From contig OX597832.1 in the NCBI GenBank assembly GCA_951406725.2, forward strand, positions 5,146,001 to 5,210,000: 64,000 nucleotides of DNA, in the 5' to 3' direction. The number at the start of each line of letters is the position of its first letter. The first letter of the stretch is position 1. The stretch comes from Octopus vulgaris (lineage: Eukaryota). The notes below the pieces were generated by a model. That model was not told the DNA's origin and did not search any database. It saw nothing but the letters and a program-made list of their open reading frames with translations. Shown here one piece after another: positions 24,825 to 37,194 of the stretch. Both the position numbers and the translations under genes were made by a program.

Positions 24825-27800
24825 TCAGTGAGACATTGATGATGAAATTTTACTGGTCACTGGACTTTTCTGACAGCTTTTTGATGCCAGTAAAGCCTTT
24901 TTGATGGCCTTCTCCAAATTCAGTCGATGACTAACTTGTGTAATACCAAGCATTAAGTAATCATTTCTGTTAAGGTTAAGCAATTTTTTACCATCAATAC
25001 AATGATGAGAAAAATTAGTTTTATATTGTGTCAGTTTTAAGCTATCAAGCCACTCAAGAACATCCACGTACAACCACTCTTCAACTGATTTATTTTGATA
25101 AGAATGTTTTGTTATATTGTGTTTTTTCAATGGTTCATTAAATTCTTGTGGTGCTGCTATAAATGATTCTTCAAAACCTTGATCTGTTGATACAGGGCTA
25201 GAACCATCTTGAAAGCTAGTTGGTGGTGGATGGACAATGTCAATTGGATGTTCTGTGCTTGAGGTAGAGAGTGTTGACAGTGTTGAAAGAGAAGAGATAA
25301 GGCTCAGAGAATCATCTGGTGGATGTATATCTCCAATCTGATCAACCGAAATAGATAACTCAGATAGTGGAGCCGGTAAAGTTTGTAGAGTAGGGTATGA
25401 TGGAAGCTCATCAGTAGCCCTTTCATCTGTGTCAGAATCACAAAACCCAGGAGGTGGTGCAACGATTGTTACAAAACTGGTATGATATGGAGATTGACTA
25501 GGAGTTGAACAATCTGAAGAATTAGATGGGTCAGTATTAGAATGACCTGTAGTCACTCCCTTTACAGTTATTAACTTCACTCCATCCCTTGAATTATTTG
25601 TAGCAAGTCCATTGTTGTTTTGTAAATTAGCAATTCTTTCTTTTATGGACACACCACTAATTGGTTTTGATGAAACATTTAGAGCTGGTTTTATTTCAAT
25701 GTGCACCTTACTGGTCGTTCTCTTAATCAATGGATTGGTTTTGTTCTGTACTCCATGTCTGGTTTGGTCAGTGTTTATCTTATTTTTTTCCACAGTTTTG
25801 TGGCTGATTACACAAGGTTCAGGTTCTTTTTTAGAGTTGTATGTCTTATTCTCATTAACTCTAGCTATGTTGTATGACTTATCAGATTTGACATTATTTG
25901 TAGCTGTACTGTTTAGTTTGTCAGATTTTTCATTATTTATAGCTATTTTGTTTGGTTTATCTATTGTCTCAGTATGTGTTGCTGTACTGTTTGGTTTATC
26001 TGATGTTTTAGTATGTACATTTATGTTGTTTGGCTTATCAGATATTTCAGTTTGTGTAGCTGTTCTGTTGGCTTTATCAGCCGTTTCATTGTTCGTACCT
26101 AATGATTTCCGACTTAGGTACCTCTGCCGTGCTTTTTCAGCTTTAATTAGAAAATCTTCTTGACCTTTCTTGGAATCATCATTTACATGTGGTTCTACTT
26201 TACCGTTCTGAGATTTTATAGCTTGATTTTGTAGTGTTTTTACTGTAGTCTTATTACTATTACTTTCTGTTGGCAGCTTGTCAGTAGATCTTTCCAAAAG
26301 CTTAGGTTTCAAAACTACTTTAGATATAGGTTTGTCTTCTGAAGAAGCTGAGTTTATTTTTCCTTCATTTAATCCTTTCTGTTTAACATCTACTTTAGCA
26401 TCTTTAACAACTGGTTTGTTCTCTTTAACAACTGGTTTGCTTTCTTTAACTACTGGTTTGTTCTCTTTAACAACTGGTTTGTTTTCTTCAGTGTTCTGTT
26501 TATTCTCCTCAACCTCTAATGTGTTCTCCTCAGGTAATTCTTTCACTACTTTTTTCATTCTATTGCCAGTGAAATAATACTTAGAATATTGTAGTTTCTT
26601 AGCTTTGTGAATTTGGGCTTCAATTTGATTTACAACAATATTTTCATCAGAATTTTCCAGCATTGAACGTCGTTTTGCTACAGCTTGTAAAATTTCTGCT
26701 TGATTTTTATCTTGTGGAGTTAAGTTGACACTAGTGGGTTTGGGTGTGGTCTTCTCTGGAATTTCATCTTTACATCGATTCTGTCTTTCCTGTGCAGCAC
26801 GTTTAATTTCATTTAGTAATTCATTTCCTGGGTCTGCTGCTTGACTTTCCTGGGATTCAGGAAGAGAAGCAGAACTGAATTGAGGAGGGGGAGGAGGAAT
26901 GGCACATAATTGATTAGATGGAGGAGGAGGAGGGGCAGGAGGAGCATGAGAAAATTCAGGTGGAGGAGGTGGACAGAATTCAGGTGGAGGAGGAATTATT
27001 TGTGGGTCTACAGTATTTTGAAAAGAAGGAGTAGTTGATGCTGTCTTGAAACTCTCAGATGAGGAAGAAGATGAAGATAGAGGTACCGCCAAAGACATTC
27101 TATTTTTAGTGAGATTTGAACCAACTGAAATAATATTACCATTGCCATCATGTGCTAAGTTGTCCTCTCCATCAGATTCATAGTCGGGCTGAGGTTCATA
27201 GTATGTATCGTGTGTACCATTTGAATAGTGTTGAGTACCTTGTGACTGGTCAATGTGATGAACATCTGCAATTACTGTTTTAGTTACACTATTCAGATTA
27301 GAATTGAAGTTGCTTGCAGATTTATTTCTATTCAAACTATCTTGTGGTTTATGAGATTTTGCCTGATTGACTGAAGATTGGTTTGTAACTAATTTTTTAT
27401 TATTACCAAATACTGCCACAGTTCCAGGTCTGAAACTTGATTCATAAGAATTGTGTTTGGTCGATTCTCCCGTAGAATTAACTGACTGATCATTCTGTGT
27501 ATTTATTGTTATAACTTGTGGAGGAGGAGGAATATGCTCTTTAGGAGAAACATAATGGTTTGACACCACAGGTGGAGGAACTGGGTAAGCTTTACCTCTG
27601 CTTGGTAAAGAATTGATATGCACAGAAGAGCCAATAGCAACTGAATGTCTACAACCAGATAAATCCATTCCTGGTGGAGGTTGAGAAAGACTTCCCAGAT
27701 ATGGTGCAGGATACAACTGATTTATCTGACTGGCATTCATTTTGGCTTGTTGACTTCTCAAAAGTCCAGAGGAATTGCTGCTGTAAGAACTGTTTCCAGA

Positions 27801-28108
27801 AGAAATTTGTGCATAATCTAAGTCAGGAGCAAGATTTGGTGTACTTCGAGATTTTTCTAGACTGCTTGTCTTTTTGTGGTATTTTTTAATGCGCACTTCT
27901 GAGGGGCTTAAACGATCAGGTTTGTGTGGGGCCTCCATAGAGCAAATGTTATCAATTTCAATATTAGACAGCCGTTTTTTAGCATAAGCAGCCCTAATAG
28001 AAGCAGTTTTTATTTCAGATTTCATTGCATTCTGATAAGTACTGTAACTATTTTCTTTTGTTGGGCTTTCACACACTTCAAATTCTGCAAGAGTTTGATC
28101 CAGTTTTT
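24825..28108 (-). CDS. SHANK: Shank/ProSAP terminal coding exon: proline-rich region plus SAM domain
   Basis: Acceptor tttcag|AA AAA CTG (phase 1) gives EKLDQTLAEF and runs into the 1083-aa ORF. Contains PPxxF motifs, the Shank-type SLISSLSTLSTLSTSS, and SAM VEEWLYVDVLEWLDSLKLTQYKTNFSHHCIDGKKLLNLNRNDYLMLGITQVSHRLNLEKAIK; stop TGA 24827-24825. Confidence 0.95.
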
Positions 28109-28169
28109 CTGAAAGATCAAAATCAATTTTTGTTTTTTTTTAGAAAATCTACATAAAAATTACATTAAG

Positions 28170-28236
28170 AAATATAAAATAAAATATTTAAAAATATAAA
28201 ATAAAATATTTAAAAATATAAAATAAAATATTTAAA
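28170..28236. repeat. 22-bp AT-only tandem repeat, 3 copies
   Basis: (aaatataaaataaaatatttaa)x3 about 60 nt from the terminal Shank acceptor. Confidence 0.85.
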
Positions 28237-28446
28237 TCAAATAATTCTTATAACATTCATTACATGTTAAGAGGTTGTTTTAAGTTTACCAACACAACCT
28301 TTCTAATACAGGTGGCTTGAAAAGAAAAAAAGCCACTTGACCCACTTAATGTAAGTGATTGACAATTCAAAACTAGAAATTTCCTATGAAACTAGCCTAT
28401 GTTTGACAACAAAATTGCAGTATCACCAACATTGTCAGAATACTCA

Positions 28447-28665
28447 TACAAGGGCATGTTGAAAAGTTCCTGGCTTTGGATAAAAGAAAATACAGAAGCA
28501 TCAGTTAATTATGATTTTATTGAATATATTCCCCTCTCAGATTCACACCCTTATTGCAGCGGTTCTTCAGTTTTACTAAGCTCTGTAAAAGAACTCAGAA
28601 GGTCGGGCCTCCAACTAGGCCTTTTGTGGCACCCTTAAAGCCAGGAACTTTTCAGCACCCCCTGG
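28447..28665. mobile_element. Mariner-like MITE
   Basis: TIRs ta-caagggcatgttgaaaagttcctggcttt / aaagccaggaacttttcagcaccccc. Confidence 0.7.
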
Positions 28666-29469
28666 AAACATGGCTTTCTGCTTGGACTATTATCAAACTA
28701 ACAGCATTGTGTTTGTTTGTTTGTTAGTTTTTTTGTTGTTGCTGTTGTTGTTAGTGAAAGAAACAAGAGAAGTAGCATAGATAATAGTGTAGGCAGGTTG
28801 ATGAGCAATTAGTAGACAAGTAAAATATGGGGAAAAACTTCTTTTCTAAATAAATAATAATGCTTGGAACTAGAGAAGCAGGTTACTAAACAGAAGCTGA
28901 AATCACTAGGACCAATGATACACTAAATTACTGGAACCATATACTAAAACTATGATCAGTTGGAAGAATTGTTAGAATATTAGACAAAATGCTTAGCAGA
29001 ATTTCTTCTGACTAACTGTGCTCCGAGTTCAAAATCTACCAGGGACAAGTCAATAAAATAAGTTCCCAACTAGTACTTATGTAATCAACTTACTCCTTCC
29101 TCACAAAATTACTAACACTGAACCAAAATTTGAAATGATATTTAGTTTCTTACCTAACAACATAAAAAGCATTATGCAATTACACTCTGTGGTAGCCCAC
29201 CCACCCCACATGCACACGCATGTGTGCACACATACACACACACACACACATACTGGGCTTCTGCAAAGTTTCCATCTCAAGACTAGGTATTGGTCCACCT
29301 GGGGCTACAGTCAAAGGAACCAACACACCTCACAGTGGGATCAAATCTATGGAATCATGTGGTTGCAAAGCAAACTGCTAAACCACACAGCCATTCTTAT
29401 TTTCTACTTGTATGTCTCCAAAGAAATATAACAAAAGGGTTCAATTGTTCTGATACAAATTCTAAGAAT

Positions 29470-29812
29470 ATTTTTTACTTGTTTCAGTCACTATACTGTG
29501 CAGCTATGGTGGGGCATCACCCTGAAGAATTTTTAGTCGAATGCTTTTTTTTTTAAAAAACCTGATACTTATTCTATCAGTCTCTAAATTGAACCACTAA
29601 GTTATGGGAACGTAAATACACCAACATCAGTTGTCATGCAGTGGTGAGGGACAAACATACACAAGTACATATATATATATATAAAGCTATATATGCAATG
29701 GGCTTCTTTCAGTTTCCGTCTACCAAATCCACTGAGGCTATAGTAGAAGACACTTACCCAAAGTGCCACGTGGTTGAGAAGCAAGCTTCTTATTGCACAG
29801 CCACACCTGTGC
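29470..29812 (-). mobile_element. CORE-like tRNA SINE
   Basis: Reverse complement of the family at 59380-59990. Confidence 0.75.
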
Positions 29813-30165
29813 CTATACAAAATCTTAATTCTATCATTTAATTTGATGCAAGAGAATTTGTCCTCAAACAACAGATCACTAAACTACACCAATTATGAGT
29901 TAATTCAACATTCCACCTCCTCTCATCACTCCATAATCTATTCTGCTTCCATGTTTCTGGCTTTGAATATGTTCAGTGACCAGTTTAGAACATTGTACCC
30001 ATTACTAACACAGCACAAATGAGCTAAGAGTTTGGTACTGTATCCATTTGGTCATTGTAACTCTTATTTTCTCATAAATTTTTGTTAATCTTTGTAACAA
30101 TTTGTTAAAGAATTAAATTAATAATGTAAGAATGATTATGAGAGAGAGAAAGAGATTATACTTAC

Positions 30166-30255
30166 CAATTTCAGCCATTCCTTCTGCAAAAGATTTCGAT
30201 TTTGCTTTACTAAAAGATAAAGATGTAGAAGGATCTCTTCTTGGTGGCTCAGGTG
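30166..30255 (-). CDS. SHANK: Shank exon after PDZ (90 nt, phase 1/1)
   Basis: tttgtttag|CA CCT...ATT G|gtaagt; APEPPRRDPSTSLSFSKAKSKSFAEGMAEI resembles the Shank motif APPPPKRAPTTALTLRSKSMTAELEEL. Confidence 0.93.
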
Positions 30256-30429
30256 CTAAACAAATGAATCACCATAATTAGTAAGATGAATGATTAATAA
30301 TCATATTATAATATTAACATGTTCACTAATATATGTTTTCTCATGATCCCATTAGAGTAAACTTACTCAGGATCTTTTTTTTTTCAAAATCAACAGATGT
30401 ATTCAACTCAAACATTTACTATATAAATA

Positions 30430-31005
30430 CAGTGGATCTCAACCAGGGTCCATATGGCACCTGTGGCTCCCTATAAGACTTTTGGGAGTCCATGCAACAA
30501 AATTGTAAATTGGGAATCCACAATAGTATTTTAAGGGTTCCTGTAAAAATTTTGTTTCAGATGTATGTATTGGTTTGTATTGCAAGAAACAGCAAGGTTT
30601 CTTTCTCTAACATTTTACATAATTCAACCTACACAAGTCAATGTGCAATAAATAAAATAGAAATTTTGAAAGAACTTTCTATAAAACTAGCTTTTAACCC
30701 TTTCATTACTGTATTTATTTTGAGATGCTCTGTGTTTCTTTCAATTATTTTAAATATAACAAAGAATTTAGTAAAATAACTTAGTAATCATTAAGCTAGT
30801 TTTAGGAATGTAAATTGTGACTAAGGTTTGTTGGAAGATTTTAATTCAAAACTTATGAAAACAAGACATTTGTACTCAGAGCCAGAGCCGGTTTCAGTCA
30901 GGTTGGTAACGAAAGGGTTAAACATTGAAGGGGGGGCGGGGTCTGCACCAGAATAAAATAGTAATCAAAGGGGTCCACAGTTATAAAATGGTTGAGAACC
31001 CTTGA
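30430..31005. mobile_element. hAT MITE with nested piggyBac-like MITE (30698-30917)
   Basis: Outer TIRs cagtggatctcaacc / ggttgagaacccttg; inner TTAA-ccctttcattac...gtaacgaaaggg-TTAA with perfect TTAA duplication. Confidence 0.8.
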
Positions 31006-31437
31006 TATAAAAGGTCCATATTTAATGTTATAATCTAATGAAATACATCCTCACTTGGCTGCATGCTAAAAGTTTTTCATAAAAATGTTATATACTAAAA
31101 TAGATTCTAGATATTTTACTCCAATTATACAACAGGTGTAGGCATGGCTGTGCGGTAAGACATTTGCTTCCAAACCACATAGTTCTGGGTTCACTCCCAC
31201 TGCATGGCACCTTGGGCAAGTGTCTTCTATTGTTTCGGGCTGACCAAAGCCTTGTGAGTGCATTTGGGAGACAGAAACTGAACAAAGCCTGCAAAAGAGT
31301 GGACTCTGCTAAAGGTGTGTCTATTAAGCTGCTTAAAATAACTGAAGAAAATAACACAAGCAATTACTTTCTGTGCTACATTTTGAACCAATACAAACTA
31401 ATATTAATGAAAATATTGCAAGGTAAAGCATTCCTAC

Positions 31438-31609
31438 CTTGTCTTCGGCGACTTGGTAGAGTGAATGAACCATCTTCATGGACGAATGCATTTTTGTCCT
31501 GATCTGTTGGTTTTACAGTTAAAACTGTCATTCTCAGCATGTTGCCTGAATTCTTGATTAACTTCACAACGTGTTCATGGGAAGCTCTAGTTACATTTTC
31601 ATCATTGAT
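31438..31609 (-). CDS. SHANK: Shank PDZ exon 3 (172 nt, phase 0/1)
   Basis: cttttcaaaag|ATC...CAA G|gtagga; INDENVTRASHEHVVKLIKNSGNMLRMTVLTVKPTDQDKNAFVHEDGSFTLPSRRRQ. Confidence 0.93.
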
Positions 31610-32730
31610 CTTTTGAAAAGGAAGAAAAAGAAAATGAAATAATTTTTAATATTCTAGACTATCAGATTTTCTTTTATCATAGAATGTTGTCCACATACTC
31701 TATCTGATTTGTTTCTTTTATTTTATTACATATATAATACAAAACCACACTAAAATACAAATCCAGAACCGAAGAAAATTCAAGCATGTGTGAAGAAAGG
31801 TTAAAAAAAAAAAAAAAAAAAGGAAAAAGAGGAAGAAAGAAAGGAAAAGAAAGAAAAAAGAACATCAATTCAACACCAAGTGCCTCAATTGGCTGAAGCA
31901 AGCCCCCACACTTGTGGCATTATCACAGATGATGGTGAAGCTAAGAATTATAGAATTATATAGTTAGTATAAACAATCTAATTTTCAGAAAATAATTTTA
32001 ACAGTGGAAACAGCTACTGCATTGACAACAAATACTTTTGAAGAACTAATGGTGAAATTTGTACACCTTGAGGTCTTGTAATACCAATTTTGTGAGAAGT
32101 AGCAATAAATTAGTCCCTGAAGCACGTAAGAAAAATAAAAGTAACTAAAATTTCAGGACAAAGAATTCTTGTTAATGAGTTTTACTATAGAATATTGAGC
32201 GTATTGCTTTGAATATATGTCAACTACTTCAATAAGGAAAACAGATTTTATACTGTCAAAGTTAGCATGAGCTATTGAAAACAAATTCTTATCCATTTAC
32301 CTATATTACTTCATATTACAATGAATATTGTAATATGAAATAATATTGAATATTGTAATGCTAAGGTAGCTGAGTGGATAAATTGTTAAAACTTCAAACT
32401 TGCTGCTAGTGTCACATGGACTTTCTGGATAGAACATATGATTCTGTAATGTCTCACTAAATTTATGTTGCATGAGTAACCATTAGTTTGTCTGATAATG
32501 TTTAATCTCAGACTAAAGGTCATCACTATTTTGACCTGCATTACAAATAGATCTAAATTGTGGTTCTGATAACTGGCTGCATATAATAATTGCAACATAT
32601 TGTTGCACTTATTCTTTGTTAATCTTCATCATGCATAGTCATTTCCCACTAAATGGTTAGCTATAACAGGTTTCTACTGTATAATATAAAAGAGAACATA
32701 ACACATAAAAACTCAAGTTTTATTACTTAC

Positions 32731-32852
32731 TTCCAATATGAAATCCCCAGCTCTAAGACCTGCCTTCTCAGCAGCACTACCAGCATCCACAGTGTCCAGA
32801 TACTGCACGGCAGGTGAATTATTTGAAACATGATTAAGAAATTGATGATCAG
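32731..32852 (-). CDS. SHANK: Shank PDZ exon 2 (122 nt, phase 1/0)
   Basis: ttttgtag|CT GAT...GAA|gtaagt; SDHQFLNHVSNNSPAVQYLDTVDAGSAAEKAGLRAGDFILE (cf. Shank PALQYLESVD..GVAW.AGLRTGDFLIE). Confidence 0.95.
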
Positions 32853-32929
32853 CTACAAAAAGGAAAAAAAAGTTCCAGAGAAATTACTGCAAGTTAATTT
32901 AAATAATATAACGTTAAAAAAATTTATTA

Positions 32930-33285
32930 AGTGTAGGTGTATTTAACACCAGGAATGTATGGAAAATAGACTCCCTCAAATGTCAGGTGGGATCAGTAGA
33001 AGTAGTAGACAGTTTTTGTTACTTAGGTGACCAAATTAGCAGTGGTGGAAGCGGTCCAGAAAGCATAGCTGCTAGAATAAGAGTGAGCTGGGCAAAATTC
33101 AGAGAGCTACTACCTCTGTTAGTAACAAAGGGCCTCTCCCTCAGAAAGGCAATTTGTATGATGCCTGTGTATGAACAGCTATGCTCCATAGCAGTGAGCC
33201 AAGGGCTGTGACCACTTGAAACTTGCAAAGGGTTAAAAGAAATGAAGTCAGCATGCTCTGGATGAGTAGTGTCAGTGTGCACACA
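32930..33285 (+). mobile_element. RTE-clade LINE fragment
   Basis: VEVVDSFCYLGDQISSGGSGPESIAARIRVSWAKFRELLPLLVTKGLSLR. Confidence 0.85.
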
Positions 33286-33793
33286 AATATGTTGTAGATC
33301 ATTTACAAACATATGCACAAATCTTTCAGCAGTTGTGATATGTTCTGTATTGGATGTTATGCCACAAACATTATCATTGTTTTAATGTTGACTTTTCCAT
33401 GCTAGCATGTGTTGGACGAAGTTTATCGAGTTAAATTTTCTAGAGTTGAGTGCTATTTCTGTAGCCCCATCTTGACTAAAGACTGAAAGAAGCCCATTGT
33501 GTATGTGTGATCATAATCATCATTTAACGTTTGTTTTCCATGCTGGCATGGGTTAGACAGTTTGACTGGAGCTGGAAAGCTGCATCAGGCTCCAGTCTGT
33601 TTTGGCTTGGTTTCTATGGTTTCTAATGCCAACCATTCCATAGAGTGTTCTGGGTGTCTTTTATGTGTCACCGGCACAGGTGCCTTCTACCATGATTTCA
33701 CTTTGCTTGACATGTCTTCTCAAGCACAGCAAATCAGAATGGCCACAGTTTAATCATGAAACAAAATTAAAATGTTTGATAAAATATACTTAC

Positions 33794-33867
33794 ATCTAGC
33801 TCCTCGTAGTACAAAGCCATAACCATTGGGAGTTTTTCGAAGGGTAACTGCCCGAGGAGCATAATTA
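33794..33867 (-). CDS. SHANK: Shank PDZ exon 1 (74 nt, phase 2/1)
   Basis: ttctttcag|T AAT...AGA T|gtaagt; NYAPRAVTLRKTPNGYGFVLRGAR (Shank signature GFGFVLRGAK). Confidence 0.95.
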
Positions 33868-34479
33868 CTGAAAGAAGTCAAAAGGATAAAGTTAAATATA
33901 AAATCAAACTCTGAAAGCATTTTGTAATATTTAAATATAACTGTAAAAGAAGGGAACATATGGTGATGGATTAGAAGATAGAATCAGATAGAATTTGTTG
34001 GGTCAGGTTTTCTAAAGCCTGATGCCCTTCCTGTCACTAACTCTCATCTGTTTTCAACTAAGATAATATTTTCCCAAGATCAGGCATGTTTTCATGAAAA
34101 GTGGAATTGAATGATACTGCTCGGATGATAATGACACTCATTTACAACTGCAACATTATGTTAAGGAAAGGAGAAAGTGACAAATACACACATCCATACA
34201 CATTCAGTCATTGAGTCACACAGAGGCAATGCCAAGCAACCAAGACTTCTGGTCATTTGCTGTGCTTGAGAAGACATGTCAAGCAAAGTGAAATCATGGT
34301 AAAAAGCACATGTAAAAGGCACCTGTGCTGGTGACACATAAAAGACGCCCAGAACACTATGGAATGGTTGGCATTAGAAACCATAGAAACCAAGCCAAAA
34401 TAGACTGGAACCTGGTGAAGCTTTCCAGCTTCAATCAAACTGTCTAACCCATGCCAGCATGGAAAACAGATGTTAAATG

Positions 34480-34516
<37 letters not shown>

Positions 34517-34771
34517 GGGCTTTTTTCAAGCTTTGGTCAATCTGGGGGGTTTAGTAAAATGATATTTACCCAAAGTGACATGCAGTAGGACTGAACCTGA
34601 AACCATGTGGTTGGGAAACAAAGCTTTTACCACATATCCACACCCACAGCTATATGTATACCATTTCTGAACAGTAACATCTCAATTGTGAAGTGGGAAT
34701 TTAACATAGTAAACTATCTAGAATAAGCACACGCATGGTAAGTAGAAAGTACCTAGACAAAAACAAAATAG

Positions 34772-34772
34772 C

Positions 34773-34845
<73 letters not shown>

Positions 34846-34887
34846 AGATAGATAGATAGACAGACAGACAGATAGATAGATAGATAG
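34772..34887. repeat. Compound microsatellite (GT)n(AT)n(GATA/GACA)n
   Basis: Read directly; many other (TA)n, (CA)n and (ATT)n tracts occur across the window. Confidence 0.95.
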
Positions 34888-36801
34888 GTACAAGCATTTT
34901 CGAGTAGTTAAGGAGTTCTCTTTGCAAACTAGGAGTCATGAGTTGAATTTCACTGAGTGGTATCTTGGGCAAATGTCTTTATTTTGGTTCAAGCCAAGAC
35001 TCATGTGTGCAACTGATAAAAACATTTATGTAAATGAAAGGCCTAGTCTTGTTAAAATAGTGTCACATATAAACATTAAGGGTGAAAAAACTCAACCATG
35101 TTACACAATAATTTAATTCGTAGGTTATTCACCTGATTGAACAACTGTGTGTACATGTTAAAATTGACAGGAGAGTCCATCACACACACAAGCACAAGAA
35201 TGGCTGAATGAAACTTGCTTTATAACATGGTCTCAAGTTCAGTCACACTGTGAGGTATGTGACACAAGTGTCTTCTTCAATGGTCTCAAGACTGACCAAT
35301 GCCTAGTGAATAAATTTTATAGAAGGAAACTGTTGGAAACGTATTGTGTGCATGTGTGTGTGTGTGTGTGTGTGTGTGTGGAAATGCATGTAAATGTTGA
35401 TATCCTACAGCTTCACTTTAAGCAGAGCAAACACGCCTTGTTGACTGGTCATTTTGTGCTTTCAGAGATCTTTGGATTAAGCAGGCAAGTGTTGACGACT
35501 GGGAAAGCATCCTGCCGCAAATACGCCTGCTCCCACTCCCCACCCATTGCTAGTATAGGAAAATGAACATTAATGCAAGTAAACAAATATAAGTAATTGT
35601 GTGATCATGGCAAAGTTTCAACTCTTTACTATTGGATTAGCAGTCCGGTAGCTTAAACATTATAACCAACTGAAGGATAGAAATAACCCTACCAAAATAA
35701 ATCTGATTAGACAGAGATAATAATAAATATAGTAGATCAGTATTTGCCAATCTTTTTCCACTGACAGCTGGTAAGTCATGTCATAATCTGAGCTACACAA
35801 AGTTAATTTCTTATTTTTTCCTTTATGCAGTGAGAATTTTATTTTGCTTCACATCACTGTTCCAAACCCTTTTATCATGCACTAGTGTTGCAAATCTGAT
35901 TATCATGCACATATCCACTCCAATCCTGATGTCAGTCATTGAAACCTGGTTGAAACAGTGTGTTAAATACTTCATGAATATATATCATAGTTCACAACTT
36001 AAGAGAGAGTTCTGAGATAAGGAACTCAGTGAAGTTTAACCTTTCAGGAATCAAACTGGCTATATCCGGGCAAAATATTCTACCTGTTTTATATCCAAAC
36101 TGGCCAGATGCAACCTCTCATAGCTACCTGACAATGTCATTCAAAAACTAAACAAACACATCATCGAAATCTCAAAGCTATGAGATAAGGCATGAGTAAT
36201 TCAAAAAATGTGAATAAATAAGCATTACATTTGACAAAGTAATCTGTCTGCTAAAGGGTTAATGTGTTATGAACAAGTTTCATTTGACAGATAATGAAGA
36301 TTTATTTCCTGAACAGAGTTAAGGTTGATAAGGTAATATTGATTTCAAATTTTAGCACAAGGCTAACAATTTCGGGGGAGAGGTTAAGTCGATTACATCA
36401 ACTCCAGTGCTCAACTGGTGCTTATTTTATCAACTCTGAAAGGATGAATAGCAAAACCAGCCTTGGCAAAATTTGAACTTAGAACATAAAGACAGACAAA
36501 ATGCTGCTAAGCACTACTTTGCCTAGTGTGCTAACGATTCTGCCAGCTCACTGGCTTTTGATTGGGTAATATTAAATCTCAAATGAAGTTCTGTTAATAG
36601 CAGGCAGATTCATAGCCCTAAAATACCGAACTGAGCAACATCAAATAAAATACATTTTCTAATAAATACTTCTTGATTAGTAATGCAGACTGGAGCAGAT
36701 AAGGCTCAATTTTTAGTGATTTCATTTAATAAAATATTAAACTTTATTCAGATATCTACATATCATGTCTATATAATGTAACATATGTATTAGCATGCAT
36801 G

Positions 36802-36845
<44 letters not shown>

Positions 36846-37194
36846 GTCATTCTGACAAATTGCATTACTGGACAATTGCACAGTTTTGTTAATTACATAA
36901 TTCTTAAAACACCAATCTTGATTAATTGTTTATGATTCTTTTTTTATTCATTCTGATTTTTAAAAATTAGTAAAAAGTAGAATAAAACTAAACATTTGAT
37001 ATGAATAAAATTGTTCTGGAAGCTTCCATTTTAAGAGGAGTTAAAGCAACAGTAGTCACTGTTTTGTTGTTAAATAACTGATGTCAACAGAATCAAACAT
37101 GTTCAAATTATCTTTATCAATTCAGCCCATCAATGTTGAGATTCTGGTGCAATTTTATCTTGTTTTTCTGTGTAATGAAACTCTTCAATATATC

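Noticed and set aside
25612-26577. Plus-strand hydrophobic ORFs of 183 aa and 99 aa
   Set aside because: Antisense shadows of the Lys/Asn/Thr-rich repetitive Shank exon; no independent splice or start evidence
28074-28076. ORF-track start of the 1083-aa ORF
   Set aside because: It is an internal GTG (Val); the exon begins at the acceptor at 28108
34718-34972. ORFs with IYIY, CVCV, HTHT or poly-Ile runs (also 1437-1730, 50996-51190, 53422-53781, 61041-61424)
   Set aside because: Translation of microsatellites
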